Shown piece after piece: positions 17,565-27,135 of a stretch of DNA of 64,000 nucleotides (its first letter is position 1; each line of letters starts with the position of its first letter). The notes under the pieces were generated by a model. The model did not search any database. It was not told where the DNA came from and saw only the letters and a list, made by a program, of their open reading frames with translations. The position numbers and the translations under genes are program-made. Where the stretch lies: positions 67,515-131,514 of the forward strand of contig JAKALS010000001.1 of assembly GCA_021813145.1 (NCBI GenBank), read 5' to 3'. The stretch comes from a bacterium. Its GTDB lineage: Bacteria > Patescibacteriota > Microgenomatia > Levybacterales > UBA12049.

Positions 17565-18860
17565 GTGATAGATATTACACTAATATTGATGGCATTAATT
17601 CAAAATTCCAAAGGACTTTCCCGAACACCCCAAAGAGAAGTTGCCCTCAAACTTATCGAAGCAGGTCTTTTATCGATACAGCCCGGTAAAGTGTTTAAAG
17701 ACTCGTTTAAAGTTACAGGTTCGTTGCTAAGGGTAAAGGACAGGGAATTTAATCTTAAAGAGTTTGAAAGAGTGTATCTCGTAGGATTCGGTAAAGGTTC
17801 GGCAGGAATTTCAAAGCTGATAGAAAAAGAGCTCGGAGATTTTCTGACGGAAGGTTACGTAATAGATAATGTCGAGCAGAAGTTTAAAAAAATAAACTTT
17901 ACAAAAGGTACACATCCTTTGCCTTCGCAGATAAATATGGATTTTACTTCAAACGTACTTTCTAAAATAAAGGACCTTACCGAAAAAGACCTTGTTTTAA
18001 TAGTCATCTGCGGAGGAGGAAGCGCAATGTTTGAATTACCTTATGCGGTCAATTTGGAAACTTTGGTAAATATATTTAAGCTTCTGTTAAAAAGCGGGGC
18101 GACAATATCCGAGATGAATGTTATAAGAAAACATCTTTCAAGGGTAAAAGGGGGAAGCTTAGCAAAAAGTCTTTATCCGGCTACGGTCTTGAGCCTTGTT
18201 TTTTCCGACGTTCCCGGAAGCGACCTTTCAACGATTGCGTCAGGTCCGACAGTTTTTGATTCCTCTACTTTGGATGACGTTTTTGAAATCATAAATAAAT
18301 ACGGTCTTTCTGAAAAATTTAAGAAAGAATGGTTTACGAAACTCCCCGGAGACGAAAGATTCTTTAATAAAGTATCAAATCTTATTATTGTTGATAACAA
18401 AACAGCTCTTCTTGAAATGAAAAAGACTGCAGAAAAATTAGGCTACGGAGTTGATGTATATTCCGACAGATTTCAGGGGGATGCGAAAGAAGCGGGTAAA
18501 ATTTTAATTGAACACGCAAAAAAAGGGAGGGTTTTTTTAGCAGGCGGAGAAACAACCGTTAAGGTAAAGGGAAACGGAAAAGGCGGCAGAAATCAGACAT
18601 TGGTGCTTGCTTCCCTTCCGTATCTGGAGGAAGGAACTTTGATTGCCTCATTCGATAGCGACGGAATAGATTTTTATACATTTGCCGGGGCAATAGGGGA
18701 CAGCACAACAATTAGGAAAGCTAAAAAATTAAACCTTGACCTTGACGAATATTTACGTAATGATAATAGTTACGGGTTCTTCGAAAAGACAGGCGACGGA
18801 ATTCTCACGGGGAAGCTTGAGTCTAATGTATCGGACCTGATGCTCGTATTAAAAAGTTAA
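17565..18860 (+). CDS. Glycerate kinase (MOFRL family)
   Basis: VGFGKGSAGIS..., CGGGSAMFE and C-terminal GGETTVKVKGNGKGGRNQ motifs of glycerate 2-kinase / MOFRL. Confidence 0.8.
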   Translation: MIDITLILMALIQNSKGLSRTPQREVALKLIEAGLLSIQPGKVFKDSFKVTGSLLRVKDREFNLKEFERVYLVGFGKGSAGISKLIEKELGDFLTEGYVIDNVEQKFKKINFTKGTHPLPSQINMDFTSNVLSKIKDLTEKDLVLIVICGGGSAMFELPYAVNLETLVNIFKLLLKSGATISEMNVIRKHLSRVKGGSLAKSLYPATVLSLVFSDVPGSDLSTIASGPTVFDSSTLDDVFEIINKYGLSEKFKKEWFTKLPGDERFFNKVSNLIIVDNKTALLEMKKTAEKLGYGVDVYSDRFQGDAKEAGKILIEHAKKGRVFLAGGETTVKVKGNGKGGRNQTLVLASLPYLEEGTLIASFDSDGIDFYTFAGAIGDSTTIRKAKKLNLDLDEYLRNDNSYGFFEKTGDGILTGKLESNVSDLMLVLKS

Positions 18861-19703
18861 ATGTTTGAACTTACGGATAGAAAGACAGATGAGCTGGAGA
18901 AAAAGGCAAACAGGATAAGAGAGCTTATAATAACAAGTCTTGTCGAAGCCGGTTCTGGACATACCGCCGGTCCCTTGGGATTGGCGGATATTTTTTCCGC
19001 ATTTTATTTTGACATACTAAATCACGATCCGAAAAATCCGGAATGGGAAGACAGGGACAGGCTGGTTCTTTCAAACGGTCATACCTGCCCGGTAAGATAC
19101 GCGGCAATGGCGCTTTCCGGCTATTTTCCCCTTGAGGAGTTAAAAACTTTAAGAAAAATTAATTCCAGGCTTCAGGGACATCCCCACAGGACTTCTTTGC
19201 CAGGACTCGAAACAACATCTGGCCCTTTGGGCGAGGGTCTCTCGCAGGCGATAGGAATTGCTCTTGCGGCAAGGATGGATAAGAAAAAATATAGAGTCTA
19301 CTGTGTAGCGTCGGACGGCGAACACGAAGAGGGGAATACCTGGGAAGCAGCAATGTTTGCCGGAAAAGAAAAGTTAGATAATCTTACTCTTGTAATCGAC
19401 AGAAACAATATCCAAATAGACGGAAATACCGAAAACGTAATGCCTTTGGAGCCTTTAAGAGCAAAATATGAATCGTTTAATTGGAACGTTCTGGAAGTGG
19501 ACGGAAACAACATAAGAGCATTCATAGATGCCGTGAATCAGGCGAAGGCAACCCATGAAAAACCTACAGTAATAATTGCAAACACTATTCCCGGCAAAGG
19601 CGTAGATTTTATGGAAAACGATTATACGTGGCACGGAAAACCGCCGACAAAGGAAGAAGCAAAGAAAGCCCTGGAAGAGCTTTCAAGGGTTAATGATTAT
19701 TGA
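18861..19703 (+). CDS. Transketolase, N-terminal subunit
   Basis: GSGHTAGPLGLADIF...NGH TPP-binding motifs. Stop and start abut (TAAATG). Confidence 0.9.
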   Translation: MFELTDRKTDELEKKANRIRELIITSLVEAGSGHTAGPLGLADIFSAFYFDILNHDPKNPEWEDRDRLVLSNGHTCPVRYAAMALSGYFPLEELKTLRKINSRLQGHPHRTSLPGLETTSGPLGEGLSQAIGIALAARMDKKKYRVYCVASDGEHEEGNTWEAAMFAGKEKLDNLTLVIDRNNIQIDGNTENVMPLEPLRAKYESFNWNVLEVDGNNIRAFIDAVNQAKATHEKPTVIIANTIPGKGVDFMENDYTWHGKPPTKEEAKKALEELSRVNDY

Positions 19704-19706
19704 TTA

Positions 19707-20714
19707 TTGATAAATGTCATGTTAAATACTTATTTGCATTTGAATACAAAACTTTTCGACAAAGATGTCGAACAAAAGCCGACACGGGACGGGTACGGAG
19801 AGGGGATTGTGCATTTGGGGCTTACGAACCCTGATGTAGTTGTCCTTACCGCCGATTTGTCCGAGAGTACGAGATGCGAAGAATTTGCCAAGAAGTTCCC
19901 CGAGAGGTTTTTTGAATGCGGAGTTGCCGAACAGAACATGGCAGCAGTTGCAGCAGGTCTTGCCGTCACGGGTAAAATTCCTTTTATAACTTCTTATGCC
20001 ACATTTTCTCCCGGAAAAAATTGGGAAACAATAAGAACGACAATCGTTTATAACAGGGCAAACGTTAAAGTCGCAGGACACCACAGCGGAATAGTAACGG
20101 GTCCGGACGGAGCAACTCATCAGGCTACGGAAGATATAGCAAGTGTCAGGTCATGGCCGGATATACGGGTGGTTATTCCCTGTGATTATATAGAAGCGAA
20201 AAAGGCTACTATTTATGCGGGCGAAACCGAAGGACCTTTTTACCTAAGATTCACCAGAGATAAGACTCCTGTAATTACGACAGAAAAAACTCCTTTTGAA
20301 AAAGAAAAGATACAGACTTTCTGGGTGAGCGAAAATCCCGTCGCAACAATATTCGGGACAGGACACCTTTTATATTACGCGCTTTTGGCGGCGAGAAATC
20401 TTGAAAAAAAGGGAATAAACGTTCTGGTCGCAAATGTTTCTTCAATAAAACCTCTGGACGGGGAAAAGGCAGTTGAACTGGCCCAAAAAACAGGTGCGGT
20501 TGTAGCCGTCGAAGACCATCAGACAACAGGAGGTCTGGGCGGAGCCTTAGCCGAATATTTTGCAAAAACAAAACCCGTACCGATGGAATTTATCGGACTT
20601 GCGGATACATTTGCAGAATCCGGGTCCGCTTTGGAACTCATTAAAAAATACGGAATGGACGAAACCGCAATAGAAAAAGCAGTGGAAAAGATAATAGAGA
20701 GAAAAGCGAAGTAA
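19707..20714 (+). CDS. Transketolase, C-terminal subunit
   Basis: Pyrimidine-binding and C-terminal domain sequence. Split-gene organisation continuing from the N-terminal subunit. Confidence 0.9.
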   Translation: MINVMLNTYLHLNTKLFDKDVEQKPTRDGYGEGIVHLGLTNPDVVVLTADLSESTRCEEFAKKFPERFFECGVAEQNMAAVAAGLAVTGKIPFITSYATFSPGKNWETIRTTIVYNRANVKVAGHHSGIVTGPDGATHQATEDIASVRSWPDIRVVIPCDYIEAKKATIYAGETEGPFYLRFTRDKTPVITTEKTPFEKEKIQTFWVSENPVATIFGTGHLLYYALLAARNLEKKGINVLVANVSSIKPLDGEKAVELAQKTGAVVAVEDHQTTGGLGGALAEYFAKTKPVPMEFIGLADTFAESGSALELIKKYGMDETAIEKAVEKIIERKAK

Positions 20715-20826
20715 ATTTTCGAAGTAGGAAGTAGGATATTTTTGAATTTGAACCTTTGATATATAAGGAATTCTGGAATTCAAGATCAAGAATCTCAAAG
20801 ATATCTGACTTTAAGAAATCAAATCT

Positions 20827-22479
20827 ATGGACTCGAATTTAATTGATGAATTAAAAAAAACGATAAAGGGTGATGTGCAAACAGACGAAGACACTCTTAA
20901 AACCTACAGCCATGATGCTTCTTTGTTTGAGGTAAAGCCCCAGGTTGTCGTCTTTCCAAAAGATAACGAAGACGTGGAAAACCTTGTAAAGTTTGTCCTA
21001 AAGCATAAAAATCAATATCAGAACCTTTCCTTAACCGGAAGAAGTGCCGGGACGGATATGGGAGGAGGTTCTATAAACGATTCCATAATAGTAGCCTTTG
21101 GAAAATACTTTAATAGTCCTCCGGTTATTTCGGGAAATACCGCAACTACCCAGCCGGGCGTTTTCTACAGAGATTTCGAAGCGGAAACCTTAAAACAGAG
21201 GCTTATTTTCCCTTCTTATCCGGCATCAAGAGAACTTTGTGCAATGGGCGGGATAGTAAATAACAATTCGGGGGGAGAAAAATCGCTTCAATATGGTAAG
21301 ACGGAAAAATATATAAAAAGAGTAAAAGTAGTCCTCGCCGACGGAAAGGAATACGAATTTAAAAAATTAAAGGAGGAGGAACTCAAAAAGAAAATCGAGC
21401 AAAAAGATTTTGAAGGCGAGATCTACAGAAAAATGTACGACCTTATTACAAAAAATTTTGACCGTCTCCAAAAAGCCAAACCTACGGTCTCGAAAAATTC
21501 GGCGGGGTATTACCTTTGGAATGTGTGGGATAAGGAAAACAAGACATTTGACCTTACAAAACTTTGGACAGGGGCTCAAGGAACTTTAGGATTATTGCTT
21601 GAGGCAGAGTTAGAGCTGGTTCCTGTATATAAACATCAGGAGATGGAAGTAATTTTCTTGAGGGATATGAGCCATTTAGGGCAGATAATAGATACTGTCT
21701 TACCGTTAAAACCCGAGAGTTTTGAAAGTTATGACGATAATACACTAAAACTTGCCCTCAAATATTTCCCGGAGTTTGCAAAAAAGCTGGGAATTTTCGG
21801 AATGTTTGAGGCCGGTCTTGCATTTTTCCCCGCATTTTTACAAATGTTGACAGGAAAACTCCCGAAGCTTATTTTACAGGTAGATTTTACAGGAGACGAT
21901 CCGGAAGTTCTTAGGGGAAAAATAAATACGCTGAGGGAAAAACTTAAACCTCTGCATCCTGTTACAAAAGTTTCGGTGGATTCTGCCGAGAAAAAATACT
22001 GGCTGGTAAGAAGGGAGAGTTTTAATTTGTTGCGTAATAAAATAAGAGATAAGCATACCGCTCCTTTTATAGACGATTTTGTAATAAATCCTCACGATAT
22101 TGCGGAAGTTATACCTCAGGTAACGGGAATTTTAGACAAACATCCGGAGTTTATTTTTACCGTGGCAGGACACGTCGGGGACGGTAACTTTCATATAATT
22201 CCTCTTGCTGACATTACCAACCCAAATGTGAGAAAACTTATTCCGCAGATTTCAAAACAGGTTTACGGCATAGTTTCCAAATATCACGGGTCCATAACGG
22301 GAGAGCATAATGACGGACTTATAAGAACGCCCTTTTTAAAGGAAATGTACGGAGAAGATATAGTAAAATTATTCGAGGAAACAAAGAAAATATTTGACCC
22401 ACAGAATATCTTTAACCCCCGTAAAAAAGTAGGAGGGGATCTTAATTATTCAATGGAGCATATAAGGGTTGACTGGTAA
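20827..22479 (+). CDS. FAD-linked oxidase (GlcD / D-lactate dehydrogenase-like, FAD_binding_4 plus C-terminal domain)
   Basis: VVVFPKDNEDVENLVKF...SLTGRSAGTDMGGGSI FAD-binding PCMH-type region. 550 aa. Confidence 0.8.
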   Translation: MDSNLIDELKKTIKGDVQTDEDTLKTYSHDASLFEVKPQVVVFPKDNEDVENLVKFVLKHKNQYQNLSLTGRSAGTDMGGGSINDSIIVAFGKYFNSPPVISGNTATTQPGVFYRDFEAETLKQRLIFPSYPASRELCAMGGIVNNNSGGEKSLQYGKTEKYIKRVKVVLADGKEYEFKKLKEEELKKKIEQKDFEGEIYRKMYDLITKNFDRLQKAKPTVSKNSAGYYLWNVWDKENKTFDLTKLWTGAQGTLGLLLEAELELVPVYKHQEMEVIFLRDMSHLGQIIDTVLPLKPESFESYDDNTLKLALKYFPEFAKKLGIFGMFEAGLAFFPAFLQMLTGKLPKLILQVDFTGDDPEVLRGKINTLREKLKPLHPVTKVSVDSAEKKYWLVRRESFNLLRNKIRDKHTAPFIDDFVINPHDIAEVIPQVTGILDKHPEFIFTVAGHVGDGNFHIIPLADITNPNVRKLIPQISKQVYGIVSKYHGSITGEHNDGLIRTPFLKEMYGEDIVKLFEETKKIFDPQNIFNPRKKVGGDLNYSMEHIRVDW

Positions 22480-22533
22480 AAACTCTTCTTAATTTTTCAG
22501 TTAAACTTCAGAAAATAATGTAAAATAATATCT

Positions 22534-23067
22534 ATGAGAAAATATTTTCAGATCAGTTTTTTTCTCGGACTATTCGGACTTTTGGTATTTGTTAGACAAT
22601 CTCTAGGTTTTGGAGACAGCCATAGAGTTATCGGACCGGTTGCAACGCCATTGTCTCCGGTAAATCCCTCAAGCAATCCTCAAGCTACCCCAGTCCCTTC
22701 ACAAGCGCCTTCTTCTTCCGGTTCAACTGCGGCAACTCCTAGTCCCGTTCCCGTGGGGCCGCAGATGATGCAAAAGAGGATGGGGCAGTATAAAGACGGA
22801 ACTTATACGGGAAGCGTACAGGACGCCTTTTATGGAAATATCCAGGTTCAGGCGGTTGTTTCGGGAGGAAGAATTACAGCCGTTAATTTTTTGCAGTATC
22901 CGAATGACAACGGTACTTCCCAGTATATAAACAGCCAGGCCGATCCGATGCTTGCCCAAGAAGCGATCCAGGCACAAAACGCGAACGTTGATATTATCTC
23001 GGGTGCTTCGGATTCCAGTATGGCTTTTCAGGCCTCTTTGACGGATGCTCTTTCTCAGGCTAAATAA
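22534..23067 (+). CDS. Secreted FMN-binding-domain protein (NqrC/RnfG/PplA-like), candidate flavinylation substrate
   Basis: Signal peptide, P/S/T linker, then YKDGTYTGS...VDIISGASDSS. The [ST]GA[ST] motif is the site of ApbE-mediated covalent FMN attachment. Confidence 0.7.
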   Translation: MRKYFQISFFLGLFGLLVFVRQSLGFGDSHRVIGPVATPLSPVNPSSNPQATPVPSQAPSSSGSTAATPSPVPVGPQMMQKRMGQYKDGTYTGSVQDAFYGNIQVQAVVSGGRITAVNFLQYPNDNGTSQYINSQADPMLAQEAIQAQNANVDIISGASDSSMAFQASLTDALSQAK

Positions 23068-23073
23068 TTAACA

Positions 23074-23808
23074 ATGAAAAAAACAACAACCGTAATGGGT
23101 ATGCCTTCTACAATAAATTTGGCCCAAGGCAATGCAAAAGAAGAGGATATAAATGAAGTTTTTTCATACTTTCATTACATTGATAATAAATTCAGCACTT
23201 ATAAAAAGGACAGTGAAATTTCACGAATAAACAGGAGAGAAATACGAAAAGAGGAATGGAGCAGGGAAATGGAAAAGATAATGAGCCTTTGCGAAAAGAC
23301 GAAAAAAGAAACAGAGGGTTATTTTGATATCAATATAAAAGGTTTAATGGATCCTTCGGGACTGGTTAAAGGTTATGCAATCTTGGAAGGGGCAAAAATT
23401 CTTCGAAAAAGGGGATACAAAAACTTTTTTGTGGAGATTGCGGGAGATATTCAGGCAGACGGATTTAGCAAAAAAGGTGAGAAATGGAAAATAGGCATAC
23501 AAAACCCTTTTGATTCAAGACAGGTAATTAAAATAGTACAATTAAGTAATATGGGCATTGCCACATCGGGAACATATATCCGGGCAGGACATATAAACAA
23601 CCCCAAAAGCGGTAAGCCTGCCGATGAAATCGCAGCAATTACAGTGATAGGGCCTGATGTTTACGAAGCGGACAGATTTGCGACTGCCGCTTTTGCTATG
23701 GGAGAAAAAGGAATAAATTTTATAGAAAACCTTAACGGCTTTGAGGGATATATGGTAAAGAAAAATAAGAAGGCTGTTATGACAAGGGGATTCCATAATT
23801 ACTTATGA
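23074..23808 (+). CDS. apbE: FAD:protein FMN transferase (ApbE family)
   Basis: GLVKGYAI, GDIQADG and IATSGTY motifs of ApbE. Adjacent to the FMN_bind protein. Confidence 0.8.
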   Translation: MKKTTTVMGMPSTINLAQGNAKEEDINEVFSYFHYIDNKFSTYKKDSEISRINRREIRKEEWSREMEKIMSLCEKTKKETEGYFDINIKGLMDPSGLVKGYAILEGAKILRKRGYKNFFVEIAGDIQADGFSKKGEKWKIGIQNPFDSRQVIKIVQLSNMGIATSGTYIRAGHINNPKSGKPADEIAAITVIGPDVYEADRFATAAFAMGEKGINFIENLNGFEGYMVKKNKKAVMTRGFHNYL

Positions 23809-23882
23809 TTTGCTTGCCATTTCTATTTATTTAAAAACTATGAATCAGTGGTAAATGGAAATCGAAAAATGAAAAATATGTT

Positions 23883-25409
23883 ATGAGATATATCGACAGA
23901 TTTTTAAATAAATTTACAATGTACAGGTTTACCCTGTACTATCTTATTTTTCTAATTGTCGCAGCCGCGCTTTTAGCGTACTTCGGACTTTTAAATTATA
24001 ACCCGATGGATATTCTTATAGAGGCCGGAGTTGCCGTGATAGTTTCTTATGCGGCAAACACTTTTTTTGCAAAGCTTTTCGGTGCGGTTACAAATTACGA
24101 ATCGGTATTTATTACGGCTTTAATCCTTGCCCTTATTGTTCCGGTTCAGTTTCCCCTTAACATGCTTTTTATGGTAGGAGCCGCGGGGGTTGCGATGGGG
24201 AGCAAATACCTTTTGACAATAGAAAAAAGACATATATTTAACCCTGCTGCTGTTTCTGTTGCTATGATATCCCTCCTTTCTCCCGAGCATGCGGCGACCT
24301 GGTGGGTTGGAAATCCTGTCATGCTCCCTTTCGTTCTAGCAGGAGGACTTTTGCTTGTTAGGAAAATTCAAAGAGAAACAATGGTTTTTTCTTTTCTCAT
24401 AGCATATTTTATAGCAATAGCTATAGCTGCGGTCATCAATACAGGTTCTCTTGTTGATATTGTTACAATTTGGCAGTCAAGCGTTTTCCATTCGGCGGTT
24501 TTTTTCTTTGCTTTTGTTATGCTTACGGAGCCGCTTACATCCCCTTCTAAAGAAAAAAAGCAGGGATATTACGGGTATTTTACCGCAATTTTGTATGCTA
24601 CGCCTATTCTGAGGGTTCTGAACTTTACTCCCGAGCTTTCACTGTGTATCGGAAACGCCTTTTCCTATTTCATCAGTCCCAATTACAGATATTCGCTGCC
24701 ATTAAAGTGGAAAAAACAGATTTCCCGGGACACATATGTTTTTGCTTTCGAACAGCCAAAATCAATTAAATATGAACCGGGTCAATATATGGAATGGACC
24801 CTTACGCATAAAAACACCGACAGCAGAGGGAACAGGAGATACTTTAGTCTTTCATCTTCTCCGACGGAAGGTGTGCTTATGACAACAGTAAAGTTTTATG
24901 ATCCTTCCAGTTCTTATAAAAAAGAACTTATAAATCTTCCCGAAGGACGCCAGGTCATTGCGGCTCAAGTGGCGGGGGATTTTGTGCTTCCTAAAAATTT
25001 AAAGGAACCTCTTGTTTTTATAGCTGGAGGCGTAGGTATAGCACCATTTAGAAGCATGGTGCAGTATATAATAGATAAAAATCTTCAGGTGAACATAATA
25101 CTTATTTATACAAACAGGACAAAAGAAGATATTCTTTTTGCAAATACATTTAAGGAAGCCGAGAAAAACGGAGTAAAAACAATATATAACCTTACAGATA
25201 TTAAAAGCGTTCCGGCCGACTGGCAAGGGACAACAGGTTATGTGACCAAAGAATTGGTGGAAAAAGAAATTCCGGATTACGGAACGAGGAAATTCTATAT
25301 CTCTGGTCCGCAGCTTATGGTACAAAGATTCGAGCAGACGCTTTTAGATACGGGAGTTTCTTCGAAAAATATTATTACGGATTTTTTCCCCGGTTATAAC
25401 GAGACCTGA
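23883..25409 (+). CDS. Membrane RnfD/NqrB-like domain fused to FNR-like FAD/NAD(P)-binding reductase domain
   Basis: N-terminal polytopic domain with the FNPAA motif of NqrB/RnfD. C-terminal RRYFSLSSSP (R-x-Y-S FAD motif) and GGVGIAPF (NAD(P) motif). Ends DFFPGYNET, like the FNR paralog at 48.5 kb. Confidence 0.7.
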   Translation: MRYIDRFLNKFTMYRFTLYYLIFLIVAAALLAYFGLLNYNPMDILIEAGVAVIVSYAANTFFAKLFGAVTNYESVFITALILALIVPVQFPLNMLFMVGAAGVAMGSKYLLTIEKRHIFNPAAVSVAMISLLSPEHAATWWVGNPVMLPFVLAGGLLLVRKIQRETMVFSFLIAYFIAIAIAAVINTGSLVDIVTIWQSSVFHSAVFFFAFVMLTEPLTSPSKEKKQGYYGYFTAILYATPILRVLNFTPELSLCIGNAFSYFISPNYRYSLPLKWKKQISRDTYVFAFEQPKSIKYEPGQYMEWTLTHKNTDSRGNRRYFSLSSSPTEGVLMTTVKFYDPSSSYKKELINLPEGRQVIAAQVAGDFVLPKNLKEPLVFIAGGVGIAPFRSMVQYIIDKNLQVNIILIYTNRTKEDILFANTFKEAEKNGVKTIYNLTDIKSVPADWQGTTGYVTKELVEKEIPDYGTRKFYISGPQLMVQRFEQTLLDTGVSSKNIITDFFPGYNET

Positions 25410-26387
25410 TCATTTTTTAAGTTCCGGAACAACTTCACGTCCTAACATTTCTATGAGGGATTTTCCATCTCCCGATGTTGCCGTTTGGATTGCTATTATT
25501 TCTGCGCCCATTTCTTTTAAAGGAAAATATGTTTTGATGTAATCCTGCGGTGTTGAGACAAGGGAATATTTTGAAAGTATTTCTTCTCTGCCCAGGGAGT
25601 CTGCCTGCTCCTGCAGTTTTTGCGGGTCATGTTCTTTGTTCCTCCCCGGAGCCCTAAGGCCGCGCCAGGGGCCTAACGCTTTCCATGCTTCGTCTTTATT
25701 CTTTCCGTATATACTCCATCTATTTGCAACTACTTTTAAAGGACTTTTTTTAAGCTGTTTTCTTTTTTCTTTTGCTGGGTTGATTACTTTTTCAATTTGT
25801 TCCCTAGGGTCTTTTACGCTTACTATTATTCCATCTGCAAATTCTGCGGCAAGTTCTGCCGATTTGGGTCCGCCTGCGGCCATATAAATAGGTATGTTAT
25901 GGAGGGGAGGACTGTAGAGTTTAACATCCGAAGTTTTATAAAACTCTCCGTTAAAAGTTAATTTTTCCCCGCTTAAAAGACTGCGCATTATTTTTAGCGA
26001 TTCGCGCATTCTGTCGGAGCGTTCTTTATAGGCAGGGAATTCAAAGCCGAGAGGAACTTCGTTTATTGCTTCTCCCGTTCCGACTCCCAAAGAAAATCTT
26101 CCGTTTGAAAGTCTGTCTATTGTGGCTGCCGCCTGAGCTACAACAGCGGGATGGTATCTGAAAAGAGGAGTTACAACTCCTGTCATAAGTTTTATCTTTT
26201 CCGTTTGCGCCGCAATTGCGCCTAGCGTTGAAAATGCAAATCCCGATGCTCCTAAATCGGCTACCCATGGATTAAAATGTTCGGACACAAAAAGTCCGTC
26301 AAAACCTGCTTTTTCCGCCGCTTTTGCAAATTCGAGCAGTTCTTCCGGATGAAAATCTTCGTGGCCTAAAAAGTAGTAAATTTCCAT
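25410..26387 (-). CDS. LLM-class (luciferase-like) flavin-dependent oxidoreductase
   Basis: FDGLFVSEHFNPW, SLGVGTGEA and TIM-barrel LLM signatures. Stop abuts the convergent upstream gene. Confidence 0.75.
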   Translation of the reverse strand: MEIYYFLGHEDFHPEELLEFAKAAEKAGFDGLFVSEHFNPWVADLGASGFAFSTLGAIAAQTEKIKLMTGVVTPLFRYHPAVVAQAAATIDRLSNGRFSLGVGTGEAINEVPLGFEFPAYKERSDRMRESLKIMRSLLSGEKLTFNGEFYKTSDVKLYSPPLHNIPIYMAAGGPKSAELAAEFADGIIVSVKDPREQIEKVINPAKEKRKQLKKSPLKVVANRWSIYGKNKDEAWKALGPWRGLRAPGRNKEHDPQKLQEQADSLGREEILSKYSLVSTPQDYIKTYFPLKEMGAEIIAIQTATSGDGKSLIEMLGREVVPELKK

Positions 26388-26424
26388 GTAATAATTATAA
26401 ACCCGGGAGGAAAGGGAAAAGCGG

Positions 26425-27051
26425 TTAAATTAGCTGGGCCACCTGGAGAGTTTTTTTAATCTGAAGCTTATTCATACCGAGTTTATCCAAAAGGTTTTTC
26501 CCTACCTGAAAAAAGCCAAGTGCTCTTATCGCTGCTTCTCTTGACCTGTTAAGATTGCGCGGTTTGATTTCTCCTTCTGCTATTCCTCCTACGAATTTTT
26601 TTAGTTCTGCTATTCTTTCAAGTGTTTCTCCCGCATTTCTAGGCGGCATAAGTGCTGCAAAAGTGGGCCAATCAGGATTTGTGGTAAGTTCAGGAGTAGC
26701 CAGTTCATGCATTGCTATAAAAATTCCCAGGGATATGCTGTAGCTTTCATTCCACCTTTTTTGAGAAGGCGTACCCTGAGACATCAATTGTGAATTCTCA
26801 TTGACGATTCTTTTTAAATCTCTTAAAGAAAACTCTTTTACGAGCTCGGGTCTCATGTTAAATCCCCTTTGTGCATCCTCTAAAAACGGGAGTGTACTTT
26901 GTTTTAAAAATTCTCTTCCCATTGAAGGGTTTGGGAGAGTGTCGGATAAAAGAAGGGGAATGAGAATTCCCGTTTCTCTCACAACATGAGAAGGCGAATC
27001 TATTTCTTCGCTTTTAAAAGCGGGCGCGGGAAAATATTCTCTTTCCGGCAT
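26425..27051 (-). CDS. Hypothetical protein
   Basis: 208-aa ORF. No recognised domain. Confidence 0.4.
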   Translation of the reverse strand: MPEREYFPAPAFKSEEIDSPSHVVRETGILIPLLLSDTLPNPSMGREFLKQSTLPFLEDAQRGFNMRPELVKEFSLRDLKRIVNENSQLMSQGTPSQKRWNESYSISLGIFIAMHELATPELTTNPDWPTFAALMPPRNAGETLERIAELKKFVGGIAEGEIKPRNLNRSREAAIRALGFFQVGKNLLDKLGMNKLQIKKTLQVAQLI

Positions 27052-27135
27052 ACAAAAAACTATTTCTGGATTTTATTTAAAAGCAGTGGTTTTTGTCAAT
27101 ATCAAAAAACTTCAGTGTTATAATTTAACCTAATT

